A stretch of DNA of 64,000 nt from an uncultured Acidobacteriota bacterium (GTDB lineage: Bacteria > Acidobacteriota > Blastocatellia > RBC074). Positions 29,683-41,121 of the stretch are shown in pieces. Both the position numbers and the translations under genes were made by a program. The notes beneath the pieces were generated by a model, which was not told where the DNA came from, did no database searches, and saw only the letters and a list, made by a program, of their open reading frames with translations. The DNA lies in contig CAWCKY010000006.1 of assembly GCA_963796275.1 (NCBI GenBank), positions 1,952,001 to 2,016,000 of the forward strand, given 5' to 3'. Numbering within the stretch: the first letter of the stretch is position 1; each line of letters opens with the position of its first letter.

Positions 29683-30522
29683 ATGATGGAAGAATTCAGA
29701 GATAAGGTTGCTGTTATCACAGGCGCTGCTAGCGGCATTGGTCGTGGATTGGCAGAGCGATGTGCTCAAGAAGGGATGAAAGTCGTTCTCGCCGACATCG
29801 ACGAAACGGGTTTGGCCCAAACAGAGCGGGAGTTGAGAGAGGCGAAGGCCGATGTTTTAGCCGTGCGGACAGATGTTTCCAAATTCAATGACGTTGATGC
29901 ATTAGCGCAAAGAACGCTCGATACTTTTGGTGCCGTGCATCTGTTATTCAATAACGCGGGTGTCGGCGCCGGGGCGACTGTCTGGGAAAGCACTCTGGCG
30001 GATTGGCAATGGGTGATGGGCGTCAATTTATGGGGCGTGATTCATGGCATACGGACGTTTGTGCCACTGATGCTGAAGCAAGCGGACGAATGCCACATCG
30101 TCAACACCGCTTCGATAGTGGGATTGGTTTCTGGACCTGGTCTCGGAGTATATAAAGTTACCAAGCAGGGAGTAGTTTCGCTGTCGGAAACGCTCTACTG
30201 CGAGTTGGCAGCGATCGGTGCGAAAATCAGAGTTTCCGTTTTATGCCCAGCGGGTGTGAACACCCGAATTATGGATTCCGAACGTAATCGTCCCGTAGAA
30301 CTACAAAACGCTGCGGCGGAAGTGTTGCTTAATCCAATATTCGTGCAGAACGAAGCGATGCTTCGTCATCTCGTCGAAACCGGTTTGTCCCCGCTGCAAG
30401 TCGCCGACGCCGTATTCGATGCTATTCGGGAAGAGCGGTTTTACATCTTGACGCACGAGGATTGGAAGCCGATGGTGCAGAAACGTATGAATGATATTCT
30501 ACAAGAAAAAAACCCTTTCTAG
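29683..30522 (+). CDS. SDR family oxidoreductase
   Basis: TGAASGIG, NNAGVG, YKVTK. Confidence 0.95.
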   Translation: MMEEFRDKVAVITGAASGIGRGLAERCAQEGMKVVLADIDETGLAQTERELREAKADVLAVRTDVSKFNDVDALAQRTLDTFGAVHLLFNNAGVGAGATVWESTLADWQWVMGVNLWGVIHGIRTFVPLMLKQADECHIVNTASIVGLVSGPGLGVYKVTKQGVVSLSETLYCELAAIGAKIRVSVLCPAGVNTRIMDSERNRPVELQNAAAEVLLNPIFVQNEAMLRHLVETGLSPLQVADAVFDAIREERFYILTHEDWKPMVQKRMNDILQEKNPF

Positions 30523-30559
30523 TCCAATGTAATCTAATACTATTTAAACTTGGAGGCAT

Positions 30560-31732
30560 ATGTCATTAACGATCATATACGACGATCGTTCGTTGTCAGT
30601 CGCAAGCGCTAAATCAGAGGGTAACAACCTATGGCTCTCACTCGATGATTTACGAGCTACGACGGGTTGGGAACTCAAACCTCAGGGAATATGCAAAGGT
30701 GAGGTCTGCGTGCCGATACCAGCCGGACGCGAAAAAGATTTTGTCAGGGCAGATGGCAAACAGTTCAATCTTTCCGCGCTCGCCCGGCAGCTCAATCAAC
30801 CCTCTGTCCACGATGACGTCCACGCAGTGTGGTATTTCGGCGAGGCGGTAAATTCAAAAGATAATTCCTGGCAGTCCCTGCAAGCGCCTGATTTTACGCT
30901 CCCCGATCTCGATGGCCGATTGCATTCACTCTCAGAATATCGCGGCAAGAAGATTCTTCTGGTTTCGTGGGCTTCCTGGTGAGGTTGTCGTTTCGACCTG
31001 CCAGTGTGGCAGGGACTCTATGAAGAATTAAAAGACAGAAATTTTCTCATCATCTCCGTAGCCTTCGATACTGGCGGCGTTGCCGCTGTAAAAAACTGGA
31101 TCCGCCCGTCGACGCCAGCCATGATTCCTAAGGAACTGATCGATATTATGGGCTGGGAAGAAACGCTGAGCAGCAGATCGGCAATTCCTGCATATCCTTG
31201 CCTGATCGATGAGAAACACATAGTTGCTGAACGATTCAACATGTTGAATGTGCCAACCGCGGTGTGGATCGACGAATCCGGTCGGATCGTCCGCCCCGCG
31301 GAACCAGCCGGTGCGACTGATGGATTCCGTTCGATGGACCGGACTACGTACAAGATGCCAAAGGAGATAGCAGTCGCCGGCAAACAAATGCGCAGACGAT
31401 ATATCGATGCGATTCGTAATTGGGTCGAGAAAGGCGATGCCAGCATATACGCTCTCCCGCCCGACGAAGTCCAACGACGTATGCGCGGCAAGACGGAGAA
31501 CGAATCCCTGGCGGCAGCCAATTTCCGTCTGGGCCAATACCTGTATGAGCATGGCCAGCACCAAGATGCGCAAAAATACTTTGCTGAAGCAAAACGATTA
31601 CATCCGGAAAATTGGAGTTACAAACGGCAGAGCTGGGAGTTAGAAGCGCTGGGGAAAGCCTCCGGCCCAGAATTCTGGGCGGAGGTGGATGCGTTGGGAG
31701 AAAAACCGTACTACCCGCCGGTTAATTTGTAA
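30560..31732 (+). CDS. Selenocysteine-containing TlpA/ResA-like redoxin (WASW-U-GC), 390 aa via UGA read-through
   Basis: ORFs 30560-30982 and 31004-31732 are in the same frame. TGA 30980-30982 sits at the redox-Cys position of APDFTLPDLDG...LLVSWASW*GCRFDLP. Confidence 0.9.
30983..31016 (+). promoter_or_regulatory. Bacterial SECIS-like hairpin
   Basis: Stem-loop CCTGCCA-GTG-TGGCAGG (30997-31013) with a G-containing loop about 21 nt after the UGA. Confidence 0.75.
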
Positions 31733-32282
31733 CCGCTCGAAAATTGTTCGCGTGTGTCGCCGCGAAAGGGATGAACGCACCTCATTGTTGCCATCATCCC
31801 ATTCTGCGGCAATCATCTGGATAATCGCGAGACCTCAAAACGAGCACTCTTATGCGATTAAACGTGATCAAGATTTATTATGCATAATTTATTATGCGTA
31901 AATTATTATGCGTTATATTGCTGAACAAAGGCCGTAATCGAGCTAATGAAAGCAATCAAATCATGCCCGCAGTTTTTCGTCCAAAACAGCAGGTTACAGC
32001 GCGAATTGTTAGTGTGAGATCGTCTCATAGGTAGTGCTCGCGCAAAATCTTCCTAGTGGATCGTGTAAGAATTGCCCGGAGGTATCCGATGGAGTTTGCG
32101 CTCGGAAGGCGCGAAAGCGGCTGAAAGGCTCGATTTTACTGGGTGTTGGCGTTTTGTTCCGCCGTTGAAATCGGTGGCGCCAATTTTGCAATAGAAGGTG
32201 TGGGGCAACGAGATACCAGTTGGTTAACTCTGTTGTACGGTGTCAGGCGGCAGCTGAGTTGGGAAGGCAGCCGCCAAATTTC

Positions 32283-32324
32283 AAGCGCTTGCGGTTATTC
32301 TATGGCTGCAAGCGCTTTTTCTTT
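32283..32324 (+). terminator. Intrinsic terminator-like hairpin
   Basis: AAGCGCTTGCGGTTA/TGGCTGCAAGCGCTT stem followed by a T-rich tract. Confidence 0.5.
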
Positions 32325-32493
32325 GGTATCGAGCTATTCAGATTGGGCTTGCCGTGGCCAGAGGTTCAGTTAGAATTCGAACAAGTTGAATTCGAGCAAA
32401 CGATGGGACGTCCAAGAGGAACGCGTTTATCCTCTTGTCGATGATCCGGAGTTCCACTTGGTGAGAGCTGAATAGCAAAAACGTTGATTATTG

Positions 32494-33543
32494 ATGCGTG
32501 CGCTTCTTTACGACAATTTTGGCGCCCTGCCGAGGGTCGCGAATGTTCCAGAGCCAGTCGTCCCGCGGGACGGTGTGGTAGTCCAGGTGAAAGCCGCAGG
32601 CCTGTGCAGGAGTGACTGGCATGGGTGGCGGGGACATGACGCGGATATTAAGACTCTTCCTCATATTCCCGGCCATGAATTCGCCGGAGTGATCATGGCG
32701 ATCGGTCCCGAGGTACGACGATGGAGTACAGGTGCGAGAGTTACTACTCCATTCGTGCTCGGTTGCGGAACCTGTATTTACTGTCGGGCGGGTGACCAGC
32801 AGGTATGCGAAAAACAGTTTCAACCGGGGTTCACCGGACCCGGCTCGTTCGCCGAATACGTCGCCTTACCATACGCCGACGTCAACCTCGTGCGTCTTCC
32901 CGACGAGATGGAATTCGTCAACGCCGCAATGCTCGGATGCCGCTTTGTCACGGCGTTTCGCGGCATCTCGAAGCAGGCGCGTCTGCGAGCCGGCGAGTGG
33001 GTCGCGGTGTTTGGCTGTGGCGGTGTCGGCCTTTCGGCGGTGATGATTGCGCGCGCCCTCGACGCGAATGTCATCGGTGTCGACATAGCGGATGAGAAGC
33101 TCGATCTCGCCCGCGAGGCAGGAGCCGAGTACACGTTTAATGCGGCCGGTATACATAATGTCCCGCAAGCCATCCACGAGCTCACGGATGGTGGCGTTCA
33201 CGTTTCCGTCGACGCGCTCGGTAGCGCAATTACCTGTCGCAATTCGATCCTCTCGCTCCGGCGGCGCGGCCGGCACGTACAGATCGGATTGCTTCTCGGA
33301 GATCAAACCGACCCTGCGCTCCCGATGGGAAAGGTGATTGCGCACGAACTGGAGATATTTGGCAGCCATGGTATGCAGGCACATGCCTATCCGGAGATAC
33401 TCGACCTGATCGACGCGGGGAAATTGCCGCTCGATAAATTGATTGGCCGGCGCATCTCCCTGGATGACGCAGGGGCTGCCCTCGCAGCTCTCACTTCTTC
33501 CAATGGCGGAGGTGTTACAGTGATCGATCGCTTCACCGTCTGA
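32494..33543 (+). CDS. Zinc-dependent alcohol dehydrogenase
   Basis: GLCRSD, PGHEFAG, CGTC.YC, GCGGVG. Confidence 0.95.
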   Translation: MRALLYDNFGALPRVANVPEPVVPRDGVVVQVKAAGLCRSDWHGWRGHDADIKTLPHIPGHEFAGVIMAIGPEVRRWSTGARVTTPFVLGCGTCIYCRAGDQQVCEKQFQPGFTGPGSFAEYVALPYADVNLVRLPDEMEFVNAAMLGCRFVTAFRGISKQARLRAGEWVAVFGCGGVGLSAVMIARALDANVIGVDIADEKLDLAREAGAEYTFNAAGIHNVPQAIHELTDGGVHVSVDALGSAITCRNSILSLRRRGRHVQIGLLLGDQTDPALPMGKVIAHELEIFGSHGMQAHAYPEILDLIDAGKLPLDKLIGRRISLDDAGAALAALTSSNGGGVTVIDRFTV

Positions 33544-33612
33544 TCGGCGGCATATCTTTCTTTATTTGGAACTGTTCCGACCGACCTGCCTACATATGGT
33601 CTCGGTTCCGCG

Positions 33613-33954
33613 TCATTCGCAAAACCCCGGCTCGGGCTCATCCTTCAAATCAGAAAGCAGCGCCTCCATGTGTTGCCGCGCCTTCCACGCTCCCGTGCGA
33701 TTGGCTACCTCGATGCCTTCCATCCACACGCGACGAGCTTCGGCATGCCCTTCCTGTTTGATCAGCGCGGCGCCGAGCAGTTGATATGCAGAAGTGTATT
33801 CGGGTTTGATGCGGATGACGTTGCGGAACGCCTCAATGGCCGCAGGCCAGTTCTCCATCTTCATGTATTCGTTCGCCAGCCCATACCATATCATTTCGTT
33901 GTCAGGCTGATCGTTCAGCATCGTTGTGAATGCGTCTATTCGCGATTGTGCCAT
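33613..33954 (-). CDS. Tetratricopeptide repeat protein
   Basis: WYGLANEY...AYQLLG..L TPR pattern. Confidence 0.85.
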   Translation of the reverse strand: MAQSRIDAFTTMLNDQPDNEMIWYGLANEYMKMENWPAAIEAFRNVIRIKPEYTSAYQLLGAALIKQEGHAEARRVWMEGIEVANRTGAWKARQHMEALLSDLKDEPEPGFCE

Positions 33955-34256
33955 TCCCTATCTCTCCGTAGATTCTTAAAATCTCCTGTAAGGGAAAAGA
34001 ATATCGTTATGAACGCTGGCGTCAAGCGCATTCCGTTCTGGTGTGGGAGCCACACCTGGGACACACCTTACAGACCTCGATCACGGCTCCCCTTTTCTTC
34101 ATTCTCCACTCACGCTTTAACCTGACTGATATTCGTCCCGAAGCTGCGCCGCTGGCGGGCGATGCGCCTGAGCTAGTTCTGGATTATGATATCGGAGCAG
34201 ACAGATTCATGTACCATTTCCCGAGAGTCAAGCGACGCGCTCGATGCGGAGATAAA

Positions 34257-34817
34257 ATGAAACTTATAATTCGCCCGCTAACGCCAGCCTTCTGGACTGC
34301 ATTCGAGGACCTTTTCAGAGACAGTGATGTATGCAATCGGTGTTGGTGTATGTACTGGAGGATCGGAGCTGCATTTCGAAAGAAGCCGGGTGAGACTAAC
34401 AAGGCGGCGTTTCAAGAGATTGTCAAGAACGGTCCCCCTCCGGGCCTGCTCGCCTTTGATTCAGATGCGGCGGTTGGCTGGTGTCAGCTCACTCCGCGCG
34501 ATCAGGTGCCTGAACTTGATCGAGCCTGGCGCCTCAAACGCGTGGATGACTTGCCGGTGTGGTCGATCTCCTGCTTCTATGTGCGAAAAGGTTATCGAAA
34601 GCGAGGCATCACATCCTTACTGATCGCCGCAGCTTTGAAGGCAGCGAAGAAAGCCGGGGCCCCCGCGCTCGAAGCTTATCCGCTCGATAGAAACCTGTCG
34701 CCCAGCTCGACATCCACGGGGTTAGTTTCGACGTTTGAGCGAGCCGGATTCAAGACGGTTGCCTGCCGTGTACCACCTCGCCCGATAATGCGGCACGATT
34801 TGAAGATCATTGACTGA
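34257..34817 (+). CDS. GNAT acetyltransferase
   Basis: CWCMYWR, VGWCQLTPR, WSISCFYV...RKRGI, LEAYP. Confidence 0.9.
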   Translation: MKLIIRPLTPAFWTAFEDLFRDSDVCNRCWCMYWRIGAAFRKKPGETNKAAFQEIVKNGPPPGLLAFDSDAAVGWCQLTPRDQVPELDRAWRLKRVDDLPVWSISCFYVRKGYRKRGITSLLIAAALKAAKKAGAPALEAYPLDRNLSPSSTSTGLVSTFERAGFKTVACRVPPRPIMRHDLKIID

Positions 34818-35151
34818 CTGGTCGTTCGGTTGAGCGGCAAAACCCGATCCGCGGTTCCACCGACTTTACCTCTGCTGCTAGAGGCCGGGAAAAAAGGTAT
34901 TACACCGTCAAGTAGCGTCTTGCATTTTCTTAATTGCGATTTGATCAGTAACGCGAATGACCGCTGCCCCGCTGCCCCGCCACGTAGGGAACAATCTGAT
35001 GATCATTGAAAGTCTCGGTAACCGAATCGCGGATGGTCGCGTCTGAAGGAGAGTAGCCAGGTTGTTTCCCGGAATCCAGGTGGCCAGGGAGTCCCGCCGG
35101 CACACCGGATTAGTTGTCATAGTTTCCAAACTTCCAATATAGAGAGAACCC

Positions 35152-36753
35152 ATGAAAAATATCTTTTTCCTCCTGCTATTGTCGCTGCCCATAGCGGCAC
35201 AACCACCACAGTCCCGGCAATCCCAGACACCACCGGCACAAACACAACAGCAAGCTCCCAGGCCACCAGCACAGCAGACCCAAGGCCGCCAACGTAACAC
35301 CGACGCGGCCATGCCGCAGAGTCTAAGTGGCGGGGCAGTCGCGGAGAATATCGATGAAACGCCGGCCATCACGCGTCACGAGATCAACATCAATGGCAAA
35401 ACGTTGAAGTACACAGCGACCGTCGCACAAATGCCGATCAAGGCTGCGACTGGAGAGACGGAGGCGCACATCTTCTATATGGCTTATACGCTGGACGGGG
35501 TTACCGATCCGGCCAGCAGGCCGCTGACATTTGCCTTTAACGGGGGGCCCGGCTCAGCTTCGATCTGGGTGCATATGGGAGCAATGGGACCGCGCAAGGC
35601 GAAGCTGCTGGACAACGGAGATATGCCGCCCCCGCCTTTCAAATTGGTGGACAACGAAAGCACATGGCTGGATCAGACCGACCTGGTCTTTATCGACCCG
35701 GTCGGCACCGGTTATAGCCGCGCGAAGACAGCGGATATCGCGCGCCGCTTCAACGGGGTTCAGGGCGATCTGCAATCAGTGGGCGAGTTCATTCGGATGT
35801 ACGTGCACCGCAACAATCGCTGGACATCGCCGCTCTGCATCGCGGGCGAAAGCTATGGCACATTCCGGGCCGCTGGCCTCGCCGGCTTTCTGATTGACCA
35901 GGGCATTGCGGTCAATGGCATCGTTTTGATCTCGACCGTCCTCAACTTCGCCACCATCCGCCCCGGACTGCAAAACAGTCTGGCGTACGCGCTTCACCTG
36001 CCCACCTACACAGCCGACGCCTGGTATCACAAGAAGCTGCCGGCGGATTTGCAGAAGGATTTAAAAGCCACGCTGAAGGAGGCGGAACAGTGGGCAATGA
36101 CCGGCTACATAGAAGCCCTCGATAAGGGCGACCTGCTCACACCAGGTGAACGCAAATCGGTGATCGAGAAGCTCGCGCGTTATACCGGTCTGGAGCCGCG
36201 CTACATAGACAATAGCGAGTTGCGATTTGACGTGGCCCATTTCACACGTGAGTTATTGCGCGACCGCCGGATGACTATCGGGCGGCTCGATGGTCGTCTC
36301 ACAGGCCCGTCGCCGCTGAACGCGGGCGAGACGGCGGAGTTCGATCCATCCGGGACGCTGCCGCGACCGCCTTATCAAGCCGCGTTCTTAAATTACATAC
36401 AAAATGAGCTGGGTTACAAAACCGATATGGTCTATAACGTATCGGGGGGAGTTATGCCCTGGGATTGGAACATCCAGAACGGTTATGCGGACACCAGCAA
36501 CCTGTTGCGCAATGCGTTCGCCAAAAATCCGCATATGAAGGTGCTCGTCTGCCAGGGCTACTATGACCTGGCGACGCCCTACTTCGCCGCTAAGTACACG
36601 ATGAACCACCTGGGCATTCATCCTGATATGCATAAGAACATCACCTGGGAGTTCTACCAGTCAGGCCACATGATGTATATAGATAAAGAATCGGCTATCA
36701 AGTTGAAACGGGACATCACCGAATTCATCAACAAGACCGTTCCACAGCCGTAG
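35152..36753 (+). CDS. Peptidase S10 serine carboxypeptidase (secreted)
   Basis: FNGGPGSAS, IDPVGTGYS, GESYG, GHMMY. Confidence 0.95.
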   Translation: MKNIFFLLLLSLPIAAQPPQSRQSQTPPAQTQQQAPRPPAQQTQGRQRNTDAAMPQSLSGGAVAENIDETPAITRHEININGKTLKYTATVAQMPIKAATGETEAHIFYMAYTLDGVTDPASRPLTFAFNGGPGSASIWVHMGAMGPRKAKLLDNGDMPPPPFKLVDNESTWLDQTDLVFIDPVGTGYSRAKTADIARRFNGVQGDLQSVGEFIRMYVHRNNRWTSPLCIAGESYGTFRAAGLAGFLIDQGIAVNGIVLISTVLNFATIRPGLQNSLAYALHLPTYTADAWYHKKLPADLQKDLKATLKEAEQWAMTGYIEALDKGDLLTPGERKSVIEKLARYTGLEPRYIDNSELRFDVAHFTRELLRDRRMTIGRLDGRLTGPSPLNAGETAEFDPSGTLPRPPYQAAFLNYIQNELGYKTDMVYNVSGGVMPWDWNIQNGYADTSNLLRNAFAKNPHMKVLVCQGYYDLATPYFAAKYTMNHLGIHPDMHKNITWEFYQSGHMMYIDKESAIKLKRDITEFINKTVPQP

Positions 36754-36767
36754 AGTATCGCCCGTTT

Positions 36768-37116
36768 ATGTCATACATCCGAAAAAAAGCTAATGCAGGC
36801 TTGAAACGAGGTGACTCTTTACTGTTTCACGTACATTCAAGGAACAGGATACGATGGCTTTTGCGGAAATCAGTAGGCATCGGGAATGAATTTTCGGTTC
36901 AAGAAGCCGGTATATTTTGGTGACACAATAGAATGTTGTTTTACCGTCACTGAGATTGATGACCGTAATAGAGCCAAAGCTGAGGCGGTATTCAAAAACC
37001 AGCAAGATGAGGTTGTCATAGAGGTGCATTTAACTGGTGTTCTCCCGGACTTCTCAGAAAAGCGTGTCATGGAGGTCATGGTGGCGGAAGGATATCCGAC
37101 CAATAAATGTCGGTAA
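36768..37116 (+). pseudogene. MaoC-like dehydratase with internal deletion
   Basis: GDSFTVSRTF...AFAEISR joined out of frame to MNFRFKKPVYFGDTI; the D.NP.H core is missing. Confidence 0.65.
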
Positions 37117-37250
37117 AATCCGTCAAAAACGGATTTAGTAGAGTCCACTACCACATACTATCAAAGCGTGAAGATGGGCCGTTTTCTTCATTTTATGAAA
37201 ACGATCCCTGGGAAGACTTTGGTGGTGCTATTTTTGCAGGATTATCTTCA

Positions 37251-39429
37251 ATGAAAAAACTGATTCTGTTTTTCGTTTTTGTGACAGCACTCCCGCTCAG
37301 TTTTCATGCATCAGCGAGCGGGCAAAACTCTGATCTCCAGCGATGGGAGAGACAGGCCCGTAACATCACGATCACCCGTGACGATTGGGGGATTGCGCAT
37401 ATCGATGGCAACACGGATGCAGATGCGGTATTCGGCGCTATCTACGCCCAGGCCGAGGACGATTTTAACCGGATTGAGACGAACTACCTCAACTCGATGG
37501 GACGGCTCGCAGAGGCTGAAGGCGAGTCCGCGGTATGGCGAGATTTGCGCATGAAGCTTTTCATCAGATCCTGCTATATTGAAATCGCAGTACAAGGTGA
37601 GCCCCTTGTGGTTGAAGACGCTGATGAACGCCTGGGCGGACGGTCTAAATTTTTATCTGGCGAAACATCCCCAGGTAAAACCTAGGGTGATCAAGCGCTT
37701 CGAACCCTGGATGGCGCTCTCTTTCTCAGAAGGCAGCATCGGCGGCGACATCGAAACTATAAAGCTGGAATGGTTGCAGGCTTTCTACGGGAACATCCCG
37801 GTTGAAGTCAAAGGCAATGACGATAACGGACTTTTCGCTGACCCTGAGCCGAGCGGATCGAACGGCATTGCCATCTCGCCGTCGCATACGGTTGCGCGTC
37901 GCGCGCTGTTTCTGATCAACCCGCACACATCTTTCTTCTTTAGGTCAGAATTGCAGATGACGAGTCGTGAAGGGTTGAACGCCTACGGGGCGGTAACGTG
38001 GGGACAGTTCTTCATCTACCAGGGATTCAACGAGCGATGCGGTTGGATGCACACATCCAGTGCAGTTGATGCCATAGATATGTATCTCGAAACAGTTGTC
38101 AAGAAGGGCGATCGCTACTATTACGAGCATGGTAAGGAAGAACGGCCGGTCACTACATCGGTTATCAAGATACCGTACAAAACTGACAAGGGGATGGCCG
38201 AGAAAACATTCACCGTCTATCGCACCCATCACGGCCCGATCATCAATTCAAGTGAAGGCAAATGGATCAGTATTAGCCTGATGCAGGAGCCGGTTAAAGC
38301 GCTGACGCAGTCCTACCAGCGTACCAAGTCGAAGAATTATGCCGAGTTCAAGAAGACGATGGAACTGCACACCAACTCGTCGAATAACACGATATACGCG
38401 GATGCTGACGGAAACATCGCTTATTTCCATGGGAACTTTATTCCGAAGCGCGATCCCAAATTCGACTGGACCAGGCCGGTGGATGGGAGCGATCCGGCAA
38501 CCGACTGGCACGGCCTGCTGTCGGTCGACGAGACGCCGAAACTGCTGAATCCGGCGAGCGGCTGGCTTTACAATGCCAACGATTCGCCGTGGTCGGCGGC
38601 CGGTTCGAGCAGCCAGAAGAAAGCCGACTATCCGGTATATGTCGATTCAGGCGTAGAGTCTGCACGAGGGTTGCACGCAGTCAGAGTTCTGCAAGGGAAA
38701 AAAGATTTCACGCTCGACTCGTTGATTGCGGCGGCTTACGACAGCTATCTTCCATGGTTCGAAAAGCCGATCCCCGCATTGGTCAAGGCGTGGGACCGGG
38801 CGTCTGCTTCCGACCCTCTAAAGGCGAAAACGTCGGAACAAATCGCGCTGCTGCGCGCGTGGGACCTGCGGTGGTCGGTGACTTCGGTTCCAACATCTCT
38901 CGCTGTGTTCTGGGGAGACGACATTCAACGGAAAGTGAAACGTACGGGCTTGTCCGCCGCGGAATATATCGCAAACGAAGCCACGGCGGAACAGTTACTA
39001 GAGTCGCTATCAACAGCATCCGATAAACTCGCGGCCGACTTTGGAACGTGGAAGACGCCCTGGGGGGATATCAATCGCTTTCAGCGTCTTACCGACGACA
39101 TCGTTCATCCGTTCACCGACGACAGCCCCAGCATTTCGGTGGGCTTTACGTCCGCGATATGGGGATCATTGGCTTCGTTCGGCGCCCGGCCTTACAAGGG
39201 ATCGAAGAAGATTTATGGCACCAGCGGCAACAGCTTTGTGGCCGTCGTCGAATTCGGTAAGACTGTGCGGGCAAAAGCAGTGACCGCAGGCGGACAGAGC
39301 GGTAATCCGTCGTCCCCTCACTTCAATGACCAGGCGAAACGGTACAGCACAGGTGATCTAAGGGATGTGTATTTCTACCGCTCGCAGCTTAAAGGCCATA
39401 CTGAGCGGGTATATCGCCCGGGCAACTAA
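37251..39429 (+). CDS. Penicillin acylase family Ntn hydrolase (one frameshift near 37567)
   Basis: ITRDDWGIAHI, YAQAED, GSNG, INPH; FI(a)DPAILK reads as a single extra base. Confidence 0.88.
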
Positions 39430-39514
39430 ATGATGATTACCGCACTCGATCGCTCTGGCAATGGTTAACTGAAGAGTGCAAATAATAGGTTACTGAATCG
39501 ACATTATCGGTCCT

Positions 39515-39595
39515 GAGCGCCAGCGGGGCGTCCTTTTCATATTATTATATAGAACTCGTTCTCCTAAATCTCGCTAGCTCCTATAAGGAGCGACA
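39515..39595. repeat. Partial REP-like element related to 29315-29463
   Basis: GAGCGCCAGCGG (reverse complement of 29452-29463) and AGCTCC-TATAA-GGAGCGAC. Confidence 0.5.
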
Positions 39596-39939
39596 GATGA
39601 ATACCTATATCGAAAAAGCTCGCTGAATCAGTTCCCGGCATCATTGGAGATTTTTGCTTTTGTCTTTTTGTTTCTTTATGGTTAGTCTCTTCATGGGGGT
39701 TTTAGGTAGAAATATCAATACGAATGAAACAATCAGGCCAATAAAAACGGAAATCAACACAACCAACTGCTGTCTACTCATACTAACCTCCATTTCATAC
39801 TTACCATCATCAACTGTATTTGGCGCATGCAGGCGACGGATTATATGCTGGGAAACAACGATTTTTCATCGTATGCCGCGCTGCGTTTGCACGCTACTCA
39901 TTGGATCCGGAACGGAATGACGCCACCTTGTTCGATAAA

Positions 39940-40050
39940 GTCATAAACAGTATTGTGATAGGCAAGCTGTAACCTCCCCGCTTGATTGGCTCGCCGATCG
40001 AGTTCAATGTGGCGGCTAGCCGCTTAAAATCATCGATCGTTTTGTATTGA
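39940..40050 (-). pseudogene. Sugar phosphate isomerase/epimerase fragment
   Basis: TIDDFKRLAATLNSIGE..K.GG, then frameshifted LQLAYHN. Confidence 0.45.
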
Positions 40051-40103
40051 GGCGCCGCGGTGCTGCAAGGACACAATAACCCTGTGAGTCTATGTGAGTC
40101 TAA

Positions 40104-41000
40104 ATGATTGTATTTAGTGAAGCATCACTTGAAAGGCCAACATCCCCGAGCGCTCAGGATAATGTTGACATGACCGATGCCGCCAGGCTTGCCGGTTGCA
40201 GCGTCTATTATATCCCTAAAGATTTTTCTGTCTGTGAAACTGCTGAGAACGCACTCTGGCATATACCTGAACAGCCCTCCGAGGCCATTGCCATCTGGAT
40301 AGGCTTTATCCCTGCCTTAGACCGATATACTGCGATATATGATGAGGCTCTCCGAAAGAAGATACGATTGATTAATTCACCCGAGCAACATCGCACGGCT
40401 CAGGAGTTTGATCTTGCTTATCCATTGCTGCAGGGATTGACGCCTGAGAGCGTCGTTCTAACCAGTCCCGATGAGACTATGAATGCAGTCGAGCTCCTTG
40501 GTTTGCCGTTGTTCGTCAGGGGAGCCGTTCGCTCCAGAAAGGCCGCCGGGTGGAATGCATGCGTTGCAACTACATCCGAGGAGCTGAATCAACTTGTGCG
40601 CCAGTTTTTCGAGCTCGAGTATCGATCCAGAGGACGCGTGATAGCGCGCAAGCTAGTAAAACTGAGACACAACCGTTATTCGGAGGAGGGATTCCCTCTG
40701 GGACGAGAATACAGGGTGTTCGTTTTTTGTGGAGAAGTAGCTGCTCTGGGATATTACTGGGAAGGCCGAGATTCTTTAGAAGAGCTGTTACCTGAAGAAG
40801 AGGAGCAAGTTTTGAATCTGGCCAGAAAGGGAGCAGAACTGCTCGGAGCTCCTTTTCTAGCAATCGATATCGGCCAGTTAGAGAGCGGGGAATGGATAAT
40901 AATAGAGGCGAACGATGGGCAGTTTGCAGGAACGGGAAATATTCCGGTACTGCCCCTCTGGAATGCATTGATGCGCATTCAGCAAAAACAGGCTGATTGA
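40104..41000 (+). CDS. ATP-grasp domain protein (DUF4343/R2K-like)
   Basis: PLFVRG, REYRVFV, FLAIDIG...WIIIEANDGQ. Confidence 0.85.
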   Translation: MIVFSEASLERPTSPSAQDNVDMTDAARLAGCSVYYIPKDFSVCETAENALWHIPEQPSEAIAIWIGFIPALDRYTAIYDEALRKKIRLINSPEQHRTAQEFDLAYPLLQGLTPESVVLTSPDETMNAVELLGLPLFVRGAVRSRKAAGWNACVATTSEELNQLVRQFFELEYRSRGRVIARKLVKLRHNRYSEEGFPLGREYRVFVFCGEVAALGYYWEGRDSLEELLPEEEEQVLNLARKGAELLGAPFLAIDIGQLESGEWIIIEANDGQFAGTGNIPVLPLWNALMRIQQKQAD

Positions 41001-41121
41001 AGAGGAGCTCATCTAAAAAAATGAGCGGATAAACGAGAGATACTACTGCTATCCGAAGCCTCAGTAGTATATCCTTCGGTCCCGGGATATCTCACACTTA
41101 TCGCCGGGCGTGCTTCGATCT

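Noticed and set aside
37560-37580. Natural alpha/beta subunit split of the acylase
   Set aside because: The break is a single extra base well before the SNG autocleavage site, so it is an indel and not the maturation boundary.
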